Virus record (IMG/VR): IMGVR_UViG_3300017917_002466
Coordinates: 186,001 to 250,000 of that record
Reading direction: 5' to 3' (one strand)
DNA: 64,000 nucleotides
The notes below the pieces were generated by a model. That model had not been told where the DNA came from and made no database searches. It was given only the letters and a program-made list of their open reading frames with translations. Shown here in pieces: positions 46,276 to 53,888 of this stretch. A program made the translations under genes and the position numbers. Every line of letters begins with the position of its first letter. Positions within the stretch are counted from its first letter, which is position 1.

Positions 46276-46860
46276 TTATCTTTTGAACGAATAATAGAAG
46301 TCTACTAAACTTCTATCCTTCTTTACTTTTTCAAATACTTCCTTGGAGTCTTTATTGGTTCTTATGATTTTGTAATCTTCTACGGGGTTTCTTTCGCCGG
46401 TTTCTGATCTTTGCTGGGATTGCTTGATTGCGACTTCTTCGGGAACATCTATGTGAATGAGCACTGTTGTAAATCCATTTGCCTTTGCAAGCTGAAGTTT
46501 CGCAATAGTTCCATTTAGATTTGCATTAGTACCAGTATGAATGAAGGATTCTTTTTTAGTAAAGGCTATTGGGAGTTCTTTTTTAAACTGAGAGGTAGCT
46601 TTACCGGCGAGTTCTCTTTTGTATTCTCCGCCGCCTATCTTAGAAGCTAAAATATCTACATCATAAACTGGTAAGTTACCAACTACTTTCTTTAGAACAT
46701 TATCAATGAAGTATGTCTTTCCTGAACCAATTCCACCACCAACGGAAATAAAGAGCTTATCTTCTAAATAGGTCTTCAAGTCGTCAATATTGTTTAACGA
46801 CCTACCATAAAAGGTATCGCTCTCGTAAAACTCAATAAAGTTATGGATTTGGTAGGTCAT
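46276..46860 (-). CDS. P-loop kinase (zeta-toxin/AAA_33-like); CTS-like N-terminus
   Basis: GGIGSGKT, DVD, R-x3-R lid; HNFIEFYES; start moved to MTYQ. Confidence 0.75.
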   Translation of the reverse strand: MTYQIHNFIEFYESDTFYGRSLNNIDDLKTYLEDKLFISVGGGIGSGKTYFIDNVLKKVVGNLPVYDVDILASKIGGGEYKRELAGKATSQFKKELPIAFTKKESFIHTGTNANLNGTIAKLQLAKANGFTTVLIHIDVPEEVAIKQSQQRSETGERNPVEDYKIIRTNKDSKEVFEKVKKDRSLVDFYYSFKR

Positions 46861-47257
46861 AAGAAGAATCCCCTCGCATTGCATCATCTACGGCTAAAGG
46901 TTTATAACTCTGTGGTGGTTTTGGTTCTTCCTTTGGAAGTATCTTTACCTTCTCCACCTTATCTTGAATGTTTCGCAGAAATTTACTCTTTGCTTTATTA
47001 ATGATTTCGTGAATTCTCTGCTTGACCTTCTTTATATATGAGTTATCACCTTGCATATACTGTCGGATTTCGTTTCCAACAGCCACATCAAAATCGCCGT
47101 AGTTAGGGAATCTTCTTTCAAGATAGTTACAAAGTCTTGAAACAAATGCAGGATTTAAACCAACTGAAGCAGACTCTTCCTCTATCAGAAGTTTTACTTC
47201 ATTGGTGAAAGCTTTGGCTTCGCTTTCTTGAAAATAATGATCTTGAAATTTCTTCAT
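46841..47257 (-). CDS. Hypothetical protein; CTS-like N-terminus
   Basis: MKKFQDHYFQES. Confidence 0.7.
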   Translation of the reverse strand: MKKFQDHYFQESEAKAFTNEVKLLIEEESASVGLNPAFVSRLCNYLERRFPNYGDFDVAVGNEIRQYMQGDNSYIKKVKQRIHEIINKAKSKFLRNIQDKVEKVKILPKEEPKPPQSYKPLAVDDAMRGDSSYDLPNP

Positions 47258-48204
47258 TATAGCATTGTCTTTTCTGAAAGGTATATAGTAGATTCTTTCA
47301 AATGACTTTCAAGATTACTTCTTAACCTCTTTATAACTTCGTCTTCATTCTGTTTCAAACAAAATGCCGATACAATGAATTCTCTTAGCTGTGCAAAGGT
47401 GAAATCCTTTGTCTTCTCAGCCAACTCCATAATCCTCTTTTCATCCTGATGTTCCTTTAGCTTTGCTTTTAAGTAGGCATATCTTCCAGTTGTTGGTGGA
47501 TTTCCAATCTCTATCTTCCTATCAAATCTGGAAGCTCTAAGAATTCTAGGAGGAAGTCTATCAATATAGTTAGTTGTTCCAAGAAACAATACATTGTTGG
47601 TCTGTGCATCACCATCAAAAAGCTCAAGGATAGCGTGTTCTCCATACTTTACAATCTCGTCAATGTCTTCCATAATGACAAGAATCTTTCTCTCTGGCTC
47701 AACTTCTCTTACAACTTTAAGTGCTTCAACAAGGTCGTGTGCTTCTCTAGTAATGAAAACTATGTTACCCTTACTTACCATATCTTCCATTGCTAACTTC
47801 AAAAGTGCACTCTTACCACTTCCCGGTTGACCATAAAGAAGAACTCCTCTCTTATGAGTGAATCCATACTTCTTAAAATCATCCTTCAATGTCCAGAAGT
47901 TATCAATCTCTTGAAGTATCTTAGTATAACGAGAATCTTCAAAGCGAAGAATATCATCAGTATTAATATCGTGAACTTCAAAGAAAACACCAGACATATT
48001 TCTCTGTATTCTGAAAACACCAGCGGGAATAGTCTTCTCGGTTACTACTTCACCAACAGGCTGAAAAGAATTACCTTGCACGATATACTTCTTGTAAATC
48101 TGCTTTCTCTTACTTGGTTGTGTTGAAAGAACCTTTGGACCAATATCAATTGGTTCAGCCTTTAAACAGGATTGATTTTCTTTGATAAATTCTCTAAAGC
48201 TCAT
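47257..48204 (-). CDS. AAA+ ATPase; CTS-like N-terminus
   Basis: GQPGSGKS, MEDID, TTN, RASRFD; MSFREFIKE. Confidence 0.92.
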   Translation of the reverse strand: MSFREFIKENQSCLKAEPIDIGPKVLSTQPSKRKQIYKKYIVQGNSFQPVGEVVTEKTIPAGVFRIQRNMSGVFFEVHDINTDDILRFEDSRYTKILQEIDNFWTLKDDFKKYGFTHKRGVLLYGQPGSGKSALLKLAMEDMVSKGNIVFITREAHDLVEALKVVREVEPERKILVIMEDIDEIVKYGEHAILELFDGDAQTNNVLFLGTTNYIDRLPPRILRASRFDRKIEIGNPPTTGRYAYLKAKLKEHQDEKRIMELAEKTKDFTFAQLREFIVSAFCLKQNEDEVIKRLRSNLESHLKESTIYLSEKTML

Positions 48205-48503
48205 ATTAAAACCCCCTTTCCTAAAATATCTTCAACCATCCATCTTGCTCTTGTTTGAATCTTTGCAATAAGCTCTTCTTTATCTTGAACTACTGCACCT
48301 TTCTTAATGGCTATTCCAATTGCTTCAGCAGCTTCTCTTGCCTTTATCATAGCGTTACTTAACTTTATAACATTTGAATTAAGCAACTTTTGATAGTCTT
48401 TTCCTTTTGGTTGTTGTGCCAAAGGGGATTCTATTGGCTCTTCACCAATGGCTTCACCTAGGTATCTTTCAGCTTCACCTAGGTATTTTTTGTAATCTTT
48501 CAT
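48201..48503 (-). CDS. Hypothetical protein; CTS-like N-terminus duplicated in tandem
   Basis: MKDYKKYLGEAERYLGEA; 15-bp repeat GCTTCACCTAGGTAT; TATAAATA at 48522-48529. Confidence 0.65.
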   Translation of the reverse strand: MKDYKKYLGEAERYLGEAIGEEPIESPLAQQPKGKDYQKLLNSNVIKLSNAMIKAREAAEAIGIAIKKGAVVQDKEELIAKIQTRARWMVEDILGKGVLI

Positions 48504-48524
48504 ATTACTTACCCCGTATAATAT

Positions 48525-49937
48525 TTATAAATTCTTTAATCTTATAATATTAGCTATTTCTTCTTTTTCTTCGGTTGTTAAAATCTCTGGTGTCCATTTC
48601 ATTGATTTTAGATATTCCAAATTGTTTCTTATATTAGAAGCTGAAATTTTTTCATCCGATTCTTCGCCCACTCTACCGAATTCCATAATCCGTACTTTAG
48701 AGTATTTATCTTTATGTTTTACAAAATAATCATACTTCTTCGTATCGCCTTCTGTTCCTCCGATAAGAACCTGACTAACTTCGTTCTGGTGAGTATCCAC
48801 CCAATCGTATATATCTTTAACCGGTGTTATTTTACTTAACAATATTTCAACTGGTTTGTTGATATGCCTTATATAAACTTCCCATATCTTTTTAGATTGT
48901 TCGGCTGTGATAGTTTCTCCTTCTCTCAGCTTATGACCAATAAAAATGATTATCTTATCAGACTGTTTTGATAGTTGTTCAACTATACTAAAATGTCCTT
49001 TGTGTGGTGGTTTAAACCCACCGGCATACAATCCTATAATTCCAGCATCACTACTTTCCCAAAAGTAATGTTCAACAAAGTTGCCAGAGAAAGCCTGTTT
49101 GATTTTATTAATGGCTCCCAATTTCATTTTTTCTTTTGCTGTTCCAACTTCACCAGATTTAACTGATACTAAAGATTGAAAGGTACCAGGGATTCTTCTT
49201 CTTGATCTTGGCTGTTTAACTTGTTTATTAACTGAATCTAATAGTTCATCGAAGCTACTATATATGTTATAATTGTGAAACAGTTTTTCCACATCAGGCC
49301 AATTAGTTGTAGACCAAACATCTATATGTCCAACATCTCTACTATCTTTAACATCAACGACTCTTAAAGTTAACTTATTAGAGGAAAGATTAAATTCATA
49401 CTCTTGATCTTTTTCTAATGCGGGCACTTTTCTAATTCCTAATTTCTTAAAAACAGTATTGTAATCTTCTTCTAACAACAACACTTTAGCCAAAGCCACC
49501 AGTATGCCTTGTTTATCTGCCGGTAGATTTAGGAACTGTTCTTTGAAATCATATTCCTCTGTGGACAAAGCAATGATATTATCTATTTGAATATTACCTT
49601 CAGCCCCAACAATAGGATACAAAATCGTAATTATTTCACCTGAATTATAATACTTACGTCCTTTATATAGTGAAGATTGGAAAGGAACAATAACTCTATC
49701 TGGCATAGATGATACATAATCTATAATTGCTTTTTTGACTGCTTTCTTATCGTTTCCCTTAAAATGAACTACTATATCTAAATCACCATAATCATCTTTG
49801 GATTTTATTTTAGCACTACCTGTTAATTTGGCATTTTGAAAATCAGGAATATTTTGTAGTACTTTTCTCTGATAATCAGCAAAAGTTCTATCAACATTGC
49901 TTTTTAGTATTCTGGAACCACCAGCAACTCCACTCAT
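48525..49937 (-). CDS. Pol-beta-superfamily nucleotidyltransferase fused to an HxGH cytidylyl/adenylyltransferase domain
   Basis: TGS...YGDLDIV...QIDN; GGFKPPHKGH; internal NFVEHYFWES at the junction. Confidence 0.8.
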   Translation of the reverse strand: MSGVAGGSRILKSNVDRTFADYQRKVLQNIPDFQNAKLTGSAKIKSKDDYGDLDIVVHFKGNDKKAVKKAIIDYVSSMPDRVIVPFQSSLYKGRKYYNSGEIITILYPIVGAEGNIQIDNIIALSTEEYDFKEQFLNLPADKQGILVALAKVLLLEEDYNTVFKKLGIRKVPALEKDQEYEFNLSSNKLTLRVVDVKDSRDVGHIDVWSTTNWPDVEKLFHNYNIYSSFDELLDSVNKQVKQPRSRRRIPGTFQSLVSVKSGEVGTAKEKMKLGAINKIKQAFSGNFVEHYFWESSDAGIIGLYAGGFKPPHKGHFSIVEQLSKQSDKIIIFIGHKLREGETITAEQSKKIWEVYIRHINKPVEILLSKITPVKDIYDWVDTHQNEVSQVLIGGTEGDTKKYDYFVKHKDKYSKVRIMEFGRVGEESDEKISASNIRNNLEYLKSMKWTPEILTTEEKEEIANIIRLKNL

Positions 49938-50890
49938 TATATTCTCCTATCTTCAAAATAAATATCTTCAAACTTTAGCGATTCGGTTTTATACTTTATA
50001 AGTTTAGAATTGTCTGGTAAAAACTTTCCTTTTAATCCAAGTCTATCTTGGTTTTTAATCCAGTATTCTTGAAGGTCTTCTGGTATATCTGCTCTTGTAC
50101 TATCTAATATCTTTAGGTAAGTATCGTACAATTTATTCAAATCTTCTTTAGATAGATTAGCTCTTACAAATTTTTGTAGCTTAAAATAGTCTTCCAGTAT
50201 ATTTTCGTTTATATCAAACTTATATATTTTGTTTAAAAGTTCAATAGCTTCTTTTGGATTGGAAGCTGCCATCTCTTGCGTTTCTTTATTCTTCACACCA
50301 TAATTATGCGAGAAGGTATATCCCTTGATTGCATAAAGGGCTAACATAAGTTGTGTTCTGTGCAATCCTTTTACATTACCGCTATATGTCGATGAATAAT
50401 ATGCGAAACTAAGCCAATCAATATTACCAACATTCAAATCTATTTGAACCCAATCTTTGAGTTTCTTTCCCGAAGAATCGAATTGTGGGAAAGCAAAAAA
50501 CAAAGAACCACCAATACTACCTTTAGTATCTAAATGAATATCCTTGACTTTTTCAAGAATTTTTTCTGATAGAGCCACTAAAATAGCTCTTTTCATAATT
50601 TGCTGGTCTGTGGAAGTTTTTGACCTTTTCTTAAAATTATTGAAAAGACTATTGATATGTTCTTGGTCTAAATTCCATTCTTTGATGTTCTTAAAAATAT
50701 CTTCGGATATAGCCAAGTCTATATCACCAGAAACATCCTTCTTTCCTACTGAACCCAGTGTTCTAATATCTTTAAAGTATTTCCGAGCTTTAGGAAAAAC
50801 AGTGGCCAACTCTTCATAGAACTTGGCAAGAGTTGGTTCAATGTTTTCCTTGCGAATCGAAGTTGTTAAATCAAAAACATTTCCACCCAT
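49937..50890 (-). CDS. Pol-beta-superfamily nucleotidyltransferase (MGGNVF type)
   Basis: LGSVGKKDVSGDIDLA...VQIDL. Confidence 0.75.
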   Translation of the reverse strand: MGGNVFDLTTSIRKENIEPTLAKFYEELATVFPKARKYFKDIRTLGSVGKKDVSGDIDLAISEDIFKNIKEWNLDQEHINSLFNNFKKRSKTSTDQQIMKRAILVALSEKILEKVKDIHLDTKGSIGGSLFFAFPQFDSSGKKLKDWVQIDLNVGNIDWLSFAYYSSTYSGNVKGLHRTQLMLALYAIKGYTFSHNYGVKNKETQEMAASNPKEAIELLNKIYKFDINENILEDYFKLQKFVRANLSKEDLNKLYDTYLKILDSTRADIPEDLQEYWIKNQDRLGLKGKFLPDNSKLIKYKTESLKFEDIYFEDRRI

Positions 50891-50930
50891 TATTAGTTCC
50901 TTTCTTTAATAGATAATAACATTTTCTTTT

Positions 50931-50975
50931 TCAAAAATCAACAAGCCAACCAAATTATTAGTTTGATTGGCTTGT
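50931..50975 (-). terminator. Intrinsic terminator
   Basis: ACAAGCCAATCAAA/TTTGGTTGGCTTGT stem then TGATTTTT. Confidence 0.7.
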
Positions 50976-51025
50976 CTTCAAATCAATTCCTCTCTTTTTG
51001 TTTATTTCAACTTGAAGCCATTTCC

Positions 51026-53074
51026 TTATCCCTTGAAACCACCTTTCTTATATTCTGGTGGCAAAGCTGGTGCACTAATCTTCTCTACTTTTTGACCAGT
51101 CTTACCCGGCTTAGCTGTAAAGCTTCCCTTTGGAGCAGCCTTGGAAGGAGCCTTTGGTGCACTACCAACCTTCTCAATCTTCTTTGGTGGTGCTTTTGGC
51201 TTTGCTGTCAATGCTGTTGATGGGCCTTTCTTAGCAGGAGAAGATGGTGCAGATGGAATCTTCTCAATCTTCTCACCTGGCTTGCTTGGCTTTGCTGTCA
51301 ACGCTGCTGTTGGGCCCTTGACAACTGGTGCCTTTGGAGCTGGCTTAATTGAAGCAATAGTCTGATTGATAACACCTGGCTTAGAAGTTAATCCACCACC
51401 TTGAGTAGTTGCCATCTTTGGAGGTGTCAATGCATCTTCGTCAAGATCAAAGTATTTATTAGCGGCAATCTTTACAAAGCTAAGAGACTCTTCCTGACTT
51501 CCAGAGGCTTCTTCATCATCGTCTTCTGATTCCTCTCCCTCTTTTTCATCATCCTCAGATTCCTTTGGTTTCTCTGCTTCTTCTTCAGCAGGAGCAGCTT
51601 CTTCCTCACCACCAAGTTCAGCAGAAGTCTTCTGAAGCAACCATTCAAACGGGTCGCCAGTTCTTGCCTTCATTGTTCCATATGGCATTTCATCTGCATA
51701 GTAATCCATCAATGCCTGATAAAGCTCATCTGATGGATCGTTCTGTGGGTCTGCTATCCAAGCCTTAAGCTCTTCAAACTGTTCAGGAGAAAGGGCTTTC
51801 TGAAGTCCAACTGATCCTAGCTCTTCCTCACCCTTATCACAAGGAACACATTCTTCTGCACCGGCTGGGCAAGACTTTTCCTCTGCTTTCTCAGAATCTT
51901 CTAATTTTTCTGTTTCTTCTTCAGCATTAGGTGAAACTGCACTCTTTGCTAGTTCACCAAGGGTCTGTTCCATTTCTTCAATCTGCTCAAGATCAAAATA
52001 GTTTTCTGTTCCTTCCTTATCAATACAAATAACTTCGTTATTCTCAGTAATAGAATTGACCTTATACCACTTGCTTTCAACCTTTACAAGAGTATTGATA
52101 AGCTTTTGAAGATCAAGACTCTCAAGTTCAGTAGAACCAATTACACGAACAGGAGCAACGATACATTCTTCTGCATCGCCTTCTTCCTCACCTTCACCGG
52201 CGGCAATATCTTCCCAATCAATTTCCCCAGCATCCTCAGGCTCTTCACCTGCATCCTCTGGTTCCTCGCCAGCATCCTCAGGCTCTTCACCTGCGTCTTC
52301 TGGCTCTTCACTAACATCCTCTGATTCATCACCAAACTCATCAGCTTCAGAAACAAGCTTCTTATTACTTGAAGTAGATTCTTCTTCAGTTCCAGAAATT
52401 TCTTCCTCGGATGCACCGGCTCCCTCTGATTCTCCCTCGGCCGGTTCTTCCTCGGACTCTCCCTTCTCAACCTTAAATCCCTTGAAAAGATTCTCAAGTG
52501 AATCTACAAATGCCTTTGCTTCTTCTTCGTCTTCAAAATCGTGTTCAGACTTTTCAAGACCAGTGTTTTCAGAAGGCTCAACCGTTACTTTGTTATCCAC
52601 AACGGAAACTTTTACTACCTTCTCATCTTCTCCTTCTCCACCAACCGATCCTCCCATTTCTGTTCCAAGTTCCTCAGTTGGCTCTACCTCGTCCATTTCT
52701 TCCTTGACTACATCCTTCTTACCTTTCTTACTTTCAGTTTCCATTCCAGTAACAGAAGTACGTGTTGAACCCTTCTGAACATCTCCTGTATTAATAATAA
52801 TTTTAACATCCCCTTCTTCTAAAGAGTTTATTTTTTCAATAATATAATTCAAATTTTCTTTAACAAAAATAGAATCTATATTTTTAGGAGAAATTTTTGG
52901 ATTTACAAACTCATTTTGAATTTTAAAGATAGCATTCTTTTTATCAATATATGGTTCGTCAAATGCTGCTTTAATTACTTCAATTACTTTATTCCATTTT
53001 TCAGAAATAATCTTCTCAGTAGAAGAAACATCTTCTTTATAATTTTCCTTTAAATAGCTTAAAAATTCCAACAT
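51026..53074 (-). CDS. Large acidic low-complexity protein with P/K/A-rich C-terminal repeats; CTS-like N-terminus (head core/scaffold-like)
   Basis: Start 53074 (AGGAG RBS, MLEFLSYLKE); E/D-rich body; basic repeats KGPxxALTAKPxxPxxKIEK. Confidence 0.7.
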   Translation of the reverse strand: MLEFLSYLKENYKEDVSSTEKIISEKWNKVIEVIKAAFDEPYIDKKNAIFKIQNEFVNPKISPKNIDSIFVKENLNYIIEKINSLEEGDVKIIINTGDVQKGSTRTSVTGMETESKKGKKDVVKEEMDEVEPTEELGTEMGGSVGGEGEDEKVVKVSVVDNKVTVEPSENTGLEKSEHDFEDEEEAKAFVDSLENLFKGFKVEKGESEEEPAEGESEGAGASEEEISGTEEESTSSNKKLVSEADEFGDESEDVSEEPEDAGEEPEDAGEEPEDAGEEPEDAGEIDWEDIAAGEGEEEGDAEECIVAPVRVIGSTELESLDLQKLINTLVKVESKWYKVNSITENNEVICIDKEGTENYFDLEQIEEMEQTLGELAKSAVSPNAEEETEKLEDSEKAEEKSCPAGAEECVPCDKGEEELGSVGLQKALSPEQFEELKAWIADPQNDPSDELYQALMDYYADEMPYGTMKARTGDPFEWLLQKTSAELGGEEEAAPAEEEAEKPKESEDDEKEGEESEDDDEEASGSQEESLSFVKIAANKYFDLDEDALTPPKMATTQGGGLTSKPGVINQTIASIKPAPKAPVVKGPTAALTAKPSKPGEKIEKIPSAPSSPAKKGPSTALTAKPKAPPKKIEKVGSAPKAPSKAAPKGSFTAKPGKTGQKVEKISAPALPPEYKKGGFKG
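52227..52310 (-). repeat. 4 x 21-bp coding tandem repeat (EEPEDAG)
   Basis: Units 1 and 3 identical (CCAGCATCCTCAGGCTCTTCA on plus). Confidence 0.95.
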
Positions 53075-53160
53075 ATCTTTTCTCCTTTTTGGTCGTTTTC
53101 TAAAGCTTTCAATTTTTTCTTTTTCTATTTTACAAATATTACAATTTTTTTTCATACAAT

Positions 53161-53238
53161 CCCCCAAGACAAGGAAATCTCCAAGACTTTTAGTATTTTA
53201 AAGGAAAAAGTAAAGTCTTGGTTCTACTTCTTGTCGGG
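53161..53238 (-). promoter_or_regulatory. Long hairpin occluding the RBS of a short Cys-containing upstream frame
   Basis: CCAAGACTTT/AAAGTCTTGG plus GACAAG/CTTGTC and CTCCC/GGGGG arms. Confidence 0.5.
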
Positions 53239-53255
53239 AGCTACCCTATCCTTTT

Positions 53256-53441
53256 TTAACCATCAATTTCTTCAGTTCCTTCTCTGTCTAAAGAACAATC
53301 TCCAACTAATTTATTTTCAGTGTTGCTAAAGTCCAATTCACTTGGTTCTTCTTCAACTTTCTGTTCTAACCCATAAAACTCTTCAAAATCCTCAAAGTCT
53401 TCAAAGTCATTCTCATCACAATAGTATTTATCTTTAACCAT
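53256..53441 (-). CDS. Small highly acidic protein
   Basis: 61 aa, 23 D/E against 5 K/R; AGGAG RBS; TATAAATA at 53460-53467. Confidence 0.6.
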   Translation of the reverse strand: MVKDKYYCDENDFEDFEDFEEFYGLEQKVEEEPSELDFSNTENKLVGDCSLDREGTEEIDG

Positions 53442-53862
53442 TTGAAGACTCCTTACTTGTATTTATAGAATTTATACTTCTAAAATTGAACTTATGACTA
53501 ACTTTCCAATCTTGTTTCTGATTATAAGGAAGAACAAATACAAATTTATTATGTGGTTCTATTCTTTCATTCGCAACTTCTATTAAACCCCACGATTTTA
53601 AACAAAAAGCAATTGCATTTCTTCTAAGTATATCATCCTCACAAATAGCATTATAAGCAAAATCTCTTGTTAAAAGAAACATCTGTTTAAAATGAACTAA
53701 ATATTTTTTATTATCTTGGTCATAAAGATAACAAGAAGGATACAAAATCTTCTTTTTCTTATTAGCGATACCAATACGATTAAGTGTTTCTTTAATAACT
53801 TTATCGTCAACTAAAACTTTTATTTCCAATAAGTCCTTTTCAATTTCCATATTTTCCTCCAA
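53434..53862 (-). CDS. regA: T4-type RegA translational repressor
   Basis: KETLNRIGIANKKKKILYPSC...YLVHFKQM...RRNAIAFCLKSWGLIE matches T4 RegA. Confidence 0.92.
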   Translation of the reverse strand: MEENMEIEKDLLEIKVLVDDKVIKETLNRIGIANKKKKILYPSCYLYDQDNKKYLVHFKQMFLLTRDFAYNAICEDDILRRNAIAFCLKSWGLIEVANERIEPHNKFVFVLPYNQKQDWKVSHKFNFRSINSINTSKESSNG

Positions 53863-53888
53863 TTTAAAAAATTCAAATATCTTCTAAT

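Noticed and set aside
52227-52310. Possible CRISPR-like repeat
   Set aside because: Contiguous 21-bp in-frame coding repeat with no spacers; no cas genes
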